Assembly (NCBI GenBank): GCA_025201805.1 | Contig: MU619409.1 | Location: 3,112-50,815 of the forward strand | DNA length: 47,704 nucleotides | Reading direction: 5' to 3' | Origin: Parasitella parasitica NRRL 2501 | Lineage: Eukaryota > Fungi > Mucoromycota | In this document: positions 25,143-37,672 of the stretch, piece by piece | Layout of the letters: the number at the start of each line of letters is the position of its first letter | Numbering within the stretch: position 1 is the first letter of the stretch | Translations under genes and position numbers: made by a program | The notes under the pieces: model-generated | What the model was told of the DNA's origin: nothing | The model's input: only the letters and a program-made list of their open reading frames with translations | Databases searched by the model: none

Positions 25143-26736
25143 ATGAACTCTACAGCTACAGCAGACGCTCTGCAAATCTCGGCAGTCGCTGCTGCAAAAT
25201 ACGTGGCTAAAGGAGTTGGAAGACTATTCTACATTGTCTCCCCACAAGAAACCACTTTTGCCCACTATAAACAGGTACCCGACTACATTGCAGAGGCCAT
25301 CCCGTTCTTTGTGCTGACAATCGCCTTGGAGTTTCTGACACTGGCAATCAAGGACGGAGGAAAAGGCCTCAGGAAGCTGCGTCTGTGGGACGCCGGCAGG
25401 CTTTCTGTCAATGATGTTGTGGGCAGTATTGGGGTAAGTTTTGTATTCGCTGCAACAGTGAACAAGAAAAAGAGTGCGTAATGCTTTACAGGCAGGCATG
25501 CTGCAGCAGTTGAGCAAGTTCTTTATATACAACATGTCGCTCAATTCCTACTTGTACGTCTACAATCACTTTCGGCTTGCTGACCTGGACCCTACAAAGC
25601 TGTGGGTCTGGGTAGCAGGCTTTCTTGCTGTCGATCTCGGATATTACCTGTTTCATCGCGGAGCGCATGAAATCAACCTGTTCTGGGCTGCACATGTAGT
25701 AAGTGGGGGCTGGGCGTTTTTTTTTTTTTTTTTTCATATAATATATATATATATGGCGGATTGGTCTTTATAAACACATTGAGATATTTAGGTACATCAT
25801 TCGTCTGAATACTACAACCAGACAACGGCTTTGCGTCAGAGCATCTTGCAACCTTACACCTCTTGGATATTTGACCTGCCCAGTGCTCTATTCTTGCCGC
25901 CGTCGCTGTATGTTATGCACAAACAGTTCAACACATTGTTCCAGTACTGGATCCACACCCAAGTCGTTGGCAGTCTGGGACCGCTTGAATACATCATCAA
26001 CACGCCATCCGCACACCGAGTTCACCATGGACGCAACCCTTACTGCATCGACAAGAATTACGCCGGCACCCTGATCATTTGGGACATTCTGTTTGGCACA
26101 TTCGAATTGGAGCGCACGTCTCTGCTGGGCAAGACTCAAGCCGAGCCCGTTGCGTTTGGACTGACGCACCCCATCAACACATTTGATCCGTTTACTATCC
26201 AGTTTCACCATCTCTCGCATGTACTAAAGACGTGTTGGTCGACACAAGGCTTCCGAAACAGGCTCAAAGTGCTCTTTTACGGCCCTGGATGGCACGACGA
26301 TACGCCGAGAACAGGCTTGTTGGAGGAAATACCACCCATTGCCAAGGACACGCCGCCGCGCAAATACGATCCGTCAGTGTCGCTTGGAATAAACGTGTAC
26401 GCTGTATTCCACTTTGCGGTGTTGGTCGTGGTAAATGGCATGGTCTTGGACTATAGCCCAGGGCAGCTCGACTTTTTCGTAGTCTTGGCTGCCACAGCTT
26501 ACATTTTCGCCACGTTAACTGTTTTTGGGTGGATATTTGACCTCAAGCCCTATGCCATTGAAAGCGAATTCATTCGATCCGTCTTGGTTTGCGGTGCAAT
26601 TGAACTTGCCCAGTATAAATCAATTCTGCCAAGACAGATGGCCATATTCCAAGTCTTGCAGTTTGTCAGTAGCCTATGGCTCCTGTTGACTCAGAGAAAA
26701 CAACAAGGAAATCTCAGTAACTGCAAAACCGAATAA
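25143..26736 (+). CDS. AGMO: Alkylglycerol monooxygenase (TMEM195, fatty-acid hydroxylase family), 3 exons
   Basis: [58 protein letters not shown] and [29 protein letters not shown] match AGMO His boxes. Confidence 0.92.
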
Positions 26737-26939
26737 AAAATTGCCAAAGGGCATATCTATTTAACCTTTCGCAAGTGACGGAAAGCCTATACAGCAATGA
26801 AGGGCTTTCGCCACCACTCTTGCACTCTTTCTCTTTACTTTTTTTCTTTCATGGCAAAAAAAAAACCCCCCCTAAAATTACTGGGCAACAGAAATAAACA
26901 AGAGCATTTATTAAGTGTTGGATCGATATATGATTACAT

Positions 26940-27375
26940 TTAATCAAAGAGACCTATGTGGTTAAAAAAAATGAGTCTTTCGCTTGCTTTCATCAAGAGT
27001 CAACTCGACTTACCAAAGCCCATATCATCGTCGGACTCTTCCTTTTCTTCTACCTTCTCCTCCTCAGCAGGGGCATCAGCAGCACTGCCGGCAGCAGCAC
27101 CACCAGAGACAGCAGGGCCGGAGCCAGGGGCACCGACGTTCAAGAGAAGAGCCTTGAGGTCTTGACCAGCGAGGGCCTTGGCATAGAGGGAGAACCAGAT
27201 GGGCTCAACCTCGACACCAGCGGCAGCAACCAAAGTTTGGAGCTTATCAGCCTACAAATGCATGCGTAAAATGAGATACATGGTACATCCGTCATTTACC
27301 ACCACCTACAGTGATTTCAACGTTGTCATCCTCAAGGATGAGAGCGGCATAGACAACAGCAAGTTCGGCAGACAT
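26940..27375 (-). CDS. RPP1: 60S acidic ribosomal protein P1, 3 exons
   Basis: [41 protein letters not shown]...[13 protein letters not shown]. Confidence 0.96.
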
Positions 27376-28004
27376 GATTATAATAGATGGATGTCGCAAG
27401 TAACGATTTAACCCGAAGGATACAAGACGATTAAAGAGTGTCTAATTCTGCTTGACACATGTGGGAATATATAGCAATATTTTCGCCCTGTTAAAAAGTC
27501 CGGTTGCTGGCCTGATTATTCCCGGATCGGAAACGACAGCCTTGATCTGCACCGTCAAAATTCGTGTTGCATTATCAAAAAAAACATGCCGAGCAGCTCT
27601 CTTTTTCATTTTACACAGGGAAACAGTGCCTCTAGCAAAAGGCAGAGACGGCTATGTGTACCAGCATTTCCCTTGAGAACAAGATGCAAGCACAGCTTCA
27701 ATAACGTCGATGAGCACACGAGCACACGAATACATCAATGCATCGCCTTTAATCCTACGCTACTCTAGCTCGCTCAGACAGCAGCAGGCCATTCCATATC
27801 GAAATATAGACACATCAAATCAGATATCCGCTATTTTTCTTGGGAACACTGTTTTCCTCTCCTTGTTCACGCACAGCACAGTAAAAGAGCCAATGCTTAC
27901 AGCATGTTTATATTTGTTCGTCTCATGCATTTATTCAAGAATATACCGTCGGTTGTTGCAAAATGATAGTCGAAAAAAAAAAAAGAAGAAAAAAAAAAGC
28001 TAAT

Positions 28005-28463
28005 TTAGATCTCTGCCAATTCACGGAGACGACGGACAGTGGAACGAACAGTGGCAGCAGCAGTAGTGCTGTACAAGCATGTTAGTACGAGCAGATTGCA
28101 CATGTATGGACAAAACTTACGAGACAGTGTAGGCACCGCCAGCCATGGTCTTCTTGCAGCCCTTGCACTTCCAGATACCAACGGCAGTACGCTTGACGGC
28201 ATCCTTACCGCAGAAGGTACAGGTGTAGGTGGAATGTTGGGTGATTTCCATCTTCTTTACTGTCTTTCTGAGAGAGGCACCATAACGGGTACCGTATTTA
28301 CCGGTGATTCCGACTAGACAAGTCGTTGACATTAGCATCCATGTATCGCGTTGGACCTGGTTCATTTACCTTTCTTTGTGCGCTTAGCCTAATGGTGGTG
28401 GATACCGGGCAGTTAGTAGAGTTCGCTTGCTTTGATTGATGGATGGATGCTGTAACTTACCAT
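28005..28463 (-). CDS. RPL43: 60S ribosomal protein eL43 (L37a); first coding exon is ATG only
   Basis: [24 protein letters not shown]...[19 protein letters not shown]...[16 protein letters not shown]. Confidence 0.97.
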
Positions 28464-29142
28464 TATGAATAAGGATAATAAGAGGGGGAAATCAACGGTT
28501 CCATTTTGCGAGAAACTGAAATAGCTCCTGCCGGGGAAAAAAAAAAAAGAAAAAAAAAGAGTCTCTGCTCCGGCTATTACCGATTTATTGGCTGGGAAGA
28601 AAGTTCAAGGCAAGTCTGAATATAATGATCTCTCTCTCTCTACCTTGACAAACTGTGTCTGCTACATCATCCTTTCAGTGATTGTACAACTTGTATTGTG
28701 TGCAATATTTCACGAAAAAAATGCCACTGCTCGAAAGATGAAGATGTGCAAGTGAACTGATTTGAATTTGCCAATTCTATCTATAGAATTTCACAAGCAA
28801 AAAACCTATCACTATTTACGCTACCGCGACATCTGTGAGATTGCCTAGCTCTACGGGATGATCTGGGGGGGGGGGGAGGTTGGCTAACCTGGCAGCTATC
28901 AATTTTCAAGAAAGCATGCAGGCTATTTGTGTCTAGCAATTACCTGTCAATGGAATGGCAGAAATCAGCATTGTAGCTAAAGTTCAAGACAACGTAGCTT
29001 TGGACAATGAGCCTGTATCTTTGAGCCTGCCCACTAGGACTACGACCTCCACAATATCTACCACCAACACAAAAGCCAGGTACAAAAGAGAAGAATTCCC
29101 TGATAAAAAGCTACTTGATATCAAAAGAAGCTTGGGCTTTAT

Positions 29143-31132
29143 TTACACGACTGTAACTTGTTGTAAACCTTCAGTCGCATTTGAATCTTCACCGTCATCT
29201 TCCGCAATAATCTTGTCGCTCAAGTGCTTTTGATCTTTACCCAAATAAATAGCTTTTTTCTCGCCAGAAACCACCTTGCTGTTTATAACAACTTGCTCAA
29301 CGCATGAAGCCGGTGTGTCGTACATTGGATCCAACAGCAGATTCTCCTATCAATGGGTGCATTTAGCAACAATAACACGAGCGTCATCTCTCTCTCTCTC
29401 GTTACCATGATACGGCGCAATCCTCTTGCACCCGTCTTTTTTTCCAGTGCCAGTTCAGCTATCTTTCGTAGTGCTGTTTTACTAAATCTAAGATTCACCT
29501 TACTCAATGCAAACAAGCCTTGGTACTGCTTTAATAGCGAGTTTTTCGGCTCAGTCAGTACTCGCACCAAGTCGTCTATTGTCAGGTTCTCTACAGAAGC
29601 AATCACGGGTAATCGGCCAACAAATTCAGGGATTAGGCCATACTTGACTAGATCTACAATGTATGCAAAAGAAAGAAAGAAAAAAAAATAAGGAAAAAAT
29701 GTTGGACTGTGGGATCAGGTCAAACCCAATACCTGCTGGTTCCGTCAAGCTGAGAGGGTGCAGAAACTGCTTTTTTCCGCCCAGCAGACTTGATGTAATT
29801 TGAATTTTATCATCATCCGAGGCTTTCATCAAGGCATTGAATCCAATCGACTATGTGGCCATCACTTGCGGTTAGGACATTTGGTTTCCTGCATAATTTC
29901 ATGCAATTTACATACTCCCTTGTTCATTCTATCTTGGATAGTCTTGTCCAATCCCACAAAGGCACCGCTTAGAATAAACAGTATGTTGCTAGTGTCTACC
30001 GCATACGTTTCTCCTTTTCCACTTTGGCCGAGCCCACCGTTGCCGGCGCTGTTTCCGCCAGACTGCCCGTTTCCAATAGGGCTGCCTGCCATGCCGCCAC
30101 GTCTGTTGCTGCTGTTTTGTGAACTGCTGCTGCTTGCGCCCTTGTCGGTTACATTGACGATTGTTCCTTCCAACATGCGCAGCAATGACTGCTGTACGCC
30201 TTCACCAGAGACATCTCGCGAGGCAGACATTGAGTCTGATCTCCTAGAGATTTTATCAATTTCGTCGATAAACACGATGCCCGTCTCTGCTCTTTTAACG
30301 TCATAGTCGCAAGCTTGAAGCAGTCTTTGAATCACCAATTCGACGTCTTCGCCTACGTAGCCTGCCTGCGTGAAAGGGGTTGCATCCGACATTGAAAATG
30401 GCACTTGCAGTATCTGGGCGAGCGTTCTAGCCAGTAGCGTTTTCCCTGAGCCAGTCGGGCCGATCAGCATGACATTGCTCTTCTCGTACACTGTAAGATC
30501 GTCCGACGCCAGGCTTTGTTTCTTTTTCAGCTCTTGGGACTTGCTGCGACTGATGGCGGCATTGGAGGTGGTGGTAGGTGGGTTTTCCCAATTCCGGCGC
30601 TGATGCTGATGATAATCTCCATTTGAACTGATTCTTTCTGCAGGAACCAGATCGAGCCCCACGCTTTGAAGAGCCGTATCGTTTGGCAACGAAGGGTGGT
30701 GGTGCTCAGCATGCGGCTTATCGTCGTCATACTGCTCCTGCTCAAGCTGCTGCTGCTGCTGCTGCTCCAATTGGCCGACCAAGTTGGAGCGCACCCGACT
30801 GTAGTGGTTGAACACGGCGACTGCCAGCGTCTTTTTTGCTCTATCTTGGCCGATAACATAGTCATTTAAATGCTTTACAATCTGCTAAAGCGCTTAGTAG
30901 CCACCCCAGAGACGCATTAAAAACTTACTGTCCTAGGATCGGATACTATCGTCGAATCAAGGTGGTTTGGCCAGTCTGATAGGCTGTTTGCTGACGAGGA
31001 AGAGGAAGAGGAAGAGGAGGGGTCGCCAAAATGAATGCTACTGCTGTAACCACGGTTCGCAGTAAAACTAGCCGACAACACTCTCACGTTAATGGCTTGG
31101 ATGAGTAATCTGGTATGGCATTTATAGAGCAT
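29143..31132 (-). CDS. CLPX: Mitochondrial ClpX (Mcx1) AAA+ unfoldase, multi-exon
   Basis: [72 protein letters not shown] and TGARGLR. The N-terminus resembles a presequence. Confidence 0.95.
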
Positions 31133-31254
31133 GATTTATTACAGTTGAAAAAAAACCAGGCAAAAAAAAAAGAGAAAGAAAGAAAGGATAGTAAAAAGAG
31201 AAAGAAAAAGAGAAATGCAAAAAAAAACCAACACCAATATCATGCCCCTCCTTT

Positions 31255-32341
31255 TCAGCGTATGACGGCAGGACTATCCACATCTCGCACCTTCAATCTA
31301 ATTTTGGCAATAACTGTGAGTTTCTCAAGCATTTTACGCAAAGCTCCTTCTTTGCTTTCCTGCAACTCATCCAGCCAGTCGGGACCGTATATCTCTTCTG
31401 CTGCTGCTATGATGTCTCTACACGACTTGAAGCCTTGGTCGTCGTCATCGTCATCGTAGGTGGCTGCCGCAAATATAGCCAACGTGGGATTGTACTCTCC
31501 ATCCGGGTCTAAATAGCGTTTCAGATACTCGTCTGAGCAGTGGCTGTATTGGAGTGTAATCAACGCTAGTAGTGCCAAGGTGGATTGCTTTTTGTTATTT
31601 GAGCTATCAGTAGACAGCACTGCCTGCAAATCCTCGAGCCCTGCCTCCAGCAACTTGTTTGCCTCTTCTTCGTCTTCCTGGTTGTCGCCCTCGTCCTCAC
31701 TAGCGTCACTGCTGCTGTACAGCCGACCTGTTCGGCCTCTTCTTGTCCTTAGGAATCCGCCTAAATTATGGCTGCTGCTTTCGAACACACGATACAATGT
31801 ATTAATTTGTCGAAGAATCCGTATAATGGCTGCTAAATCCTCGAGGATTTCGCTGTTTGTTCTTAATGCGAGTCGATAAATGTCGGCTCGTGATCTTGAG
31901 AAATACTCTGTGATTGTGTCATCGTCTTCGTCCTCTTGCTCTTGCTCTTGCTCTTGCTCTTGCTCTTGCTCTTGCTCTTGCTCTGGATTGTCTGTGTTTT
32001 CGTCATTGTTGCTGGTTATAATAACAAAGCTTTCATCGTCTTGCTGACCATCCCCGTCATTGCTGCCGTCCTCGTCTTCCAGCTCGCTTCCCCGGCCGTC
32101 GTCGCTCATTTGTCTTTGCAGCAATGGCCGTAGCAATGCTCTTCTGGCAAACCTTTGTCGTCCTCTATCCAGGGTCAACAAGCCATTGTCGTCATCGCCT
32201 GGAAAATATTCAAATCTCGATGTTCTGCTGCTTGCGTTGTTTATCTGTTTGTTTTTTTTGTTTTTTTTTGTTTTTTTGTTTTTTTGCTTAGCAAGTCTTT
32301 GCATACAGGACCTTCATACTTACGCTGTGTACAAGAGGCAT
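31255..32341 (-). CDS. Uncharacterised acidic protein with (EQ)n repeat, probably 2 exons
   Basis: Long ORF. Plausible start MPLVHS at 32341, with a GTAAGT intron to an acceptor at ~32245. Helical C-terminal region. Confidence 0.65.
31934..31984. repeat. (CTCTTG)n hexamer repeat encoding EQEQ
   Basis: Directly visible, ~8 copies. Confidence 0.9.
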
Positions 32342-32569
32342 TTTTGCTTTTCTTTAATCGGCACTAATTGAAACAAAATGGAGCAAAAGGGAGAGAAAAT
32401 GAGATTTAAATTATTTTTTATTTTTATTTACACTACCGTTCTAATAAAGAAAAAGAGAGAAAAAAAGGGAAAGATTGCTGTAGTAAACAAATTGCATAAA
32501 AAAACGGTCGGATAAAATGTTTGAGATTGATGCGCTGCGAAAAGATGAGAAATTTTGGGAATAAACTAT

Positions 32570-33389
32570 TTAATAGCCACCACGGCCACCACGGCCTCCA
32601 CGACCTCCACCGAATCCGCCACGGCCTCCACGGGCTCCTCCGCGGCCTCCACGATCTCCACCGAACCCGCCACGGCCTCCACGGGCTCCTCCACGGCCAC
32701 CACGATCTCCACCGAATCCACCACGGCCGCCACGAGCAGATCCACCACGGCCGCCACGGGCAGATCCACCACGACCTTGTTGACCGGTTGGCTTGCCGAC
32801 TAATACTTGCATTAATTAATCAGATCAAGGCGTCCTGTTTAATGCTAATACTGTACCTTTTCCAGCTACCTTGGGCTTGGGTAAGAAGCGATCAAGGGGC
32901 AGAAGCTTGTCAGTTCCAATGAAAACTTTATCATCTGCCTTGAAGGATTTAGCAATCATGCCCTCTTGCATCTTGACAGTAAAGTAGACCTCGTTCAAAG
33001 GGCCCAAAATTTCATCCACTTTGCCAATTTGAGACTTGTTTTCGAGAAAGATAGGTGCATTAAAGTAAGGGATCTTGGCGTTGATTGATTTGCAAACCAT
33101 TTCTCCTTCACATGCGTGGACAAACGAACCCATGGCTACATGGAAACCAACTGGTCAGCATGTTGGAAAATACAAGGCAAATCTCTGCTACTTACGGACA
33201 ACTTCAGCGGGAGGTCCTTGATTGAATCCAGCTCCACCAAATCCACCACGGCCTCCACCACGACCTGTCAAAATCATACGTTAATCCAGCATTCACATTT
33301 TTCAAATGTGAAAAATAGGTACCTCCACGGAATCCACCACGGGCACCGCCACGGGCACCGCCACGTTCTCCAAATCCACCTTTACCCAT
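32570..33389 (-). CDS. GAR1: H/ACA snoRNP subunit Gar1, multi-exon
   Basis: RGG-rich termini flank the core [45 protein letters not shown]...[13 protein letters not shown]. Confidence 0.97.
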
Positions 33390-33422
33390 TTTTAATTATG
33401 TATCTGATATAAAGAAAGTTGG

Positions 33423-33455
<33 letters not shown>

Positions 33456-34037
33456 TGAAAATATTTTTCTTCTACATCGACCTGATTTACCCAATTCGCC
33501 CACTTCGATTGGCTGCCACCGCCATCATTGCCCTCTATTTTTGGCCTTCTTTAGGATGGAATATGCCCAGCCAAGCCTCACCCTCGTCACTATACGGTCA
33601 CTGCAAGTTTGGCATTGCCTTTTGCCAAGGCAATCTTTTAGTCTGAACTGGATGATGTCTTTTTTAAAATGTTTTATCGCTGGTACACGAATACTAATTA
33701 TACCTCTTGTATTAATTGTTTTCTATACTAATTAAAGAGGTCTGCAAAGCGGTATTTTTTTTTTGTTTTAAATAAACCCCCCAAGTCAATCGATAAAAAT
33801 TGGCGTTATTTACATTGTAAAAAGCTTTGTCTTTCAGCGTAATTGACAAAATCATATCAACATACTATGACCTTGGAGCAACTATTTGACATGACACAGA
33901 CGGCTGCTTGTGGCTAATTTCTTCTTTTTAAATGGTGATTGGCAATATTTCGACAATATTGAACTTCTCGTATGCGCTCCACTCCACTTGCCAGTTCGTT
34001 ACAGGCTTTCTTCTTCCTCATGACGTCTTTTCCAGTC

Positions 34038-34098
34038 TTTGCCTTCGCCTTTGCCTTTGCCTTTGCCTTTGCCTTTGCCTTTGCCTTTGCCTTTGCCT
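34038..34098. repeat. (TTTGCC)n hexamer microsatellite, ~10 copies
   Basis: Directly visible. Confidence 0.9.
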
Positions 34099-34484
34099 TC
34101 AAAGGCATTTACACCATGGTGACGTCTATTGCATGAACACATTGTTCCTGGTTGCATCGAATTGTATCTGTGCCCTTTGTGGTATCGCTGCACAGGAATT
34201 ATATTACTTTGCTGCTGGGTGCTCTTTTGAGACAGACTGCTGGCGAGATGTTGTGTCCCTGTTGTCTCGGCAGGATCTTGCGTTGGCTTCTTTTTCTGAT
34301 TGTACTTGGCGCTGCGTTTACAACACTTTGGAAATGTTATTGACGATGTGTCAGCGACACTGAGCCTTGGATACCTTCTGTCGCTTTGAAGACAGCTTGG
34401 CCCTTTTGTGGTCTTTACATTGAAAATAGCATTTCATGGTGAAAGTTAATTAAAATACACTTTAATACAAGAAAATAATAATAA

Positions 34485-35605
34485 TTAAAGTGCTATTTCC
34501 TCCTCCTCCTCCTCCTCCTCCTCCTCCTCACCAACAGCTGTTTGAACTGGAATTTCAGAAGTTTGTAGAGCCTTCTCCTGTTCTTTTCTTTGCGCTTGTT
34601 CCCGGTTTTTCTTCCTTTCGATAATCAGCGCCAAAGCATTTGATCTGCTCATTTTATAAGTATCTTCGTCCTCGGACGAGTCGTCAAAGACAATCTTTCG
34701 TTTATTCTGTTGCTGTGAAGGTGTAAATAAGGGCTGTTCATCATCTTCATCGTCATCGTCTTCTTCTTCTTCAACATCGGAGTCTATGACGGCCTTTGTT
34801 CTTGGCTTAGATATTGCGTTGGATTTTGGCTTTGATTTCGGTTTTGAGTTGGCTTGCTTTGCTTGAGCATCCACCGCTCTGGATGTATTTATGCTGGTAA
34901 CAGGGAAAAATAATGGCCTGTTGTCGTCTTCTGAGGATTCATCGTCAGCCGGGACAGGTTGATTTTCGTCGCTGGCTTCCTCGTCTACTCGAGCCCATTA
35001 GATTTAAAAAAAAAAAAAAGTGTTCAGAACCGTTAAGACAGCTTTACCTCCCACTGTTCTTCCTGACAACTCGTTTCTGACGTCCAGTCTGATCTGCCTT
35101 CTATCACGATACTCGTTGCTCCATTGGTCCATCATATTTTTTACTGCTTTGTTTTTTGCTGGCGTTAGTACTCTTCTTGAAAAGTCCTTCATTAGAAGAC
35201 CTGGATATAGGTTGTTGGCCCAAATTGTATAATAGGTCATCAGTTTTTTCAAATCTTGATCCTAGTGGCGTAAAGCAGTAAACATCAAGCAGCCCGTTAG
35301 TTTGGATTGACTAGATTACCTCTTGCCCTTTCTTCTTTGAAAACTTGAGGTGTTGTGATTCACTCTTTAGCAGTGGCAATCCCTTGGGCTCCAATAATCT
35401 ATCATTCACGCATTAGGGTTCGTTTCGTTACTACACAATTCAACACTTGCAAATTGGCATCAAACTTCTGCTTAGTCTGTCTTTTGGTGCCGGATGTTTC
35501 TGCTTCGTTATTTGCATTGTCGTCGTCTGATTTATTCGGTTGGGCTTCCTCAAAAGAGTCAATATTGTAATTGTCTAGCAAAATATCATCGAATTCGATG
35601 TCCAT
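34485..35605 (-). CDS. CSM3: Csm3/Swi3/Tipin replication fork protection protein, multi-exon
   Basis: Spliced Swi3 domain KFDANL-LLEPKGLPLL...KGQE-DQDLKKLMTYYTIWANNLYP...DF. Start MDIEFDD at 35605; acidic tail. Confidence 0.82.
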
Positions 35606-35929
35606 AATGTGTGTTTCAGTGCAAAATGACGAAAAAGATTTGAAGTTTATGGACATACAAACAAATTCAAATACGCGAGCCACAATCGTCACATTATTAC
35701 TCTACTACAGTGTCGTGCATTGTTGGAAGTTACTTTTTTTTTTTTTCAACCAATGAAGAAGATGAATGAGTGAATGTATAATTAAGTCCTGACCTGCCAC
35801 GAAACGTCGTTTATTATTAGAGCCCTGAAGTCAGAAATCATGTATAGACCTTCACATTTCCGATTTATCATATTAAACAAAATACATATCAACCATTATT
35901 TTTTCGCATTTAATCTTGTTAATAACAAC

Positions 35930-37628
35930 ATGTCATCTATGTCATCTGCTTTTAATGGCCTTACTGCTATTAATGATTGAAAAGAACAAATAGCAGATCA
36001 GTCAGTCTTGCGGACCAATCAGCACTTGATCAGCCAATTTACTTTCATGATGCATGCACTCAACGACAATCATAACCAAGAAGTCGGGAATAACTCTCAC
36101 CACAATTCTCTGTTAAATACAATATCCTTTCAGTTGCAGCAAGACATAATCCAAACATTGAAAACAAACCAGCAGTTTCTGAAATCGCAGCTACAGCTTG
36201 CTTTAGGCAGGCTAAGGATACTGTAAATAATTGATAAATTGAGAATTTGGACCAACACAGATAAAAACTGGTTCCAAATACCACATCCCATCCAAAACTA
36301 GCAAAGAAGACAGATTTTAAGTGTTTTTTTTTTCTTAGCATTGTTGTATGATTGCCGCCAGACATGAGGTTCAAAAAAAAATAGTTAGAATGTTATGTTA
36401 CAGGCTCAACCATCATCAACGCTCCAGCTTCTTTTCTGAAGCCATCCAGTGGGCTTCGAAAGCAGAGTTTAGACATCGAAAGAAAAAAAAGAGATTACTG
36501 GAATGCCCTGCAGTTGCGATTTCGAACCTGTCTTGACGCTCAATTGTGCATTGCAAAAAAAAAAAAAAAAAAATGAGCAGTGCATTTTCTTTATTAAAAA
36601 TCATTGTACTAGAATACCCAAAGGTGTAGTGCAAGAAGCAGAAGCAAAAATCAAGAGACCAGGAAAAATCACAACAATGTTAAACACCGCATATAAACAG
36701 AATAAAAAGGCTACAAGTCCAAAGAAAAATTATGAATACTGGACAGAATTTGTGGAAGCTGGTGCTTTTGAACATTTGACTCTGCCTCGCGCTCCCACTT
36801 TAGGCTCCAAGCAAATCAACCAAGATACCGGCTTGGCTAGTTTTACTAATTCGTTGACTTGAGAAAAAAAAAAAAAAAAAAGACCACAGAGGACGGGTAC
36901 ATAGTTTTGGAGATGGAAAAGGATCTTGGAAAAAAAAATAGCCTTTATCACGGCTCAACAGGTGATGGTTTGGAGCAAGCCTATTAGCATCACACTAATG
37001 CGCGCGCATTGTTGCGCTCATTCTATTACAGTCAATCTATGGCAAAAAGAAGAAGACGGCTGGAACTCTCTTACAAAAAAGATTCTGACAGACTAGCAGC
37101 TTACGAGAGAAAGAGAAAGAGTTCTGGTGCAGAGAAGCGGATTATGTTTGTCGGTGATCGTAGACACGGATTCGGCTCTCGCATATAGGGGGCACAGACG
37201 ATTTGGTGGGTTCTGGAAACAGCAGCGACATGACCGCTATACACCAACACTGGTAACAAATAAACATAATTACGTCGCAAACGTGTATTTTCTGCTTCTA
37301 CAAGCTCTCTAAACTTGTGGCTGCTCTCAATGGCAAAATACAGCGAACAGCTGGTTCATTTCTTTGCTTAAATTCCGAATGCCGCATTGCTTTCAAGACA
37401 ACGCGCCGCCACCAAGTCTCAGCACTTGCAATTGGTCTTGCTGGTCTTGGTTGCCTTTTGTTTGGAGTAACTTTCCCCTGTTTCGACCCAAACCCCACCT
37501 TTGCCAAGCGCACACAATTCAAAAATTTTGCCCTATCTTTGTACAGAAAACAGGTACTGGGCTCGCCCTTCAATGGAGTCAATACTCTTTTTTTTTTTTT
37601 AAAGGTTTTTATTGTTTGCTCCGTGTAG
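35930..37628 (+). pseudogene. Degenerate Fanzor1-like (TnpB-derived RuvC nuclease) gene
   Basis: Frameshift-bridged translation: LLRSFYYSQSMAKRRRRLEL..DRLAAYER...IMFVGDRRHGFGSRI*GHRRFGGFWKQQRHDRYTPTLVTN(K)HNTSQTCIFCFYKL...GSFLCLNSEC...TRR(H)QVSALAIGLAGL..LLFGVTFPCFDP. This follows the TnpB/Fanzor RuvC-II, CxxC...CxxxxC and RuvC-III layout. Confidence 0.8.
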
Positions 37629-37672
37629 ATTAAAGTAGCGAGACTGTAACCAAGAGGCGGGCGCAATTTATA
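37560..37672 (+). ncRNA. Candidate Fanzor omegaRNA scaffold / element right end
   Basis: Lies immediately 3' of (and overlapping) the Fanzor CDS, where OMEGA systems encode the omegaRNA. It ends in a GC-rich block GAGACTGTAACCAAGAGGCGGGCGCAA within AT-rich flanks. Positional inference only. Confidence 0.4.

Noticed and set aside
32570-32790. GC-rich tandem repeats resembling an array
   Set aside because: They encode the Gar1 RGG tail. There are no unique spacers, so this is not CRISPR-like.
33453-33468. RRPE-like TGAAAATATTTT upstream of GAR1
   Set aside because: Imperfect match in very AT-rich sequence; cannot be distinguished from chance.
1487-35605. Functional gene cluster (lipid enzymes, or replisome/transcription genes)
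   Set aside because: The genes are unrelated housekeeping functions in mixed orientation, with no biosynthetic core enzyme. Co-location is not supportable without synteny data.
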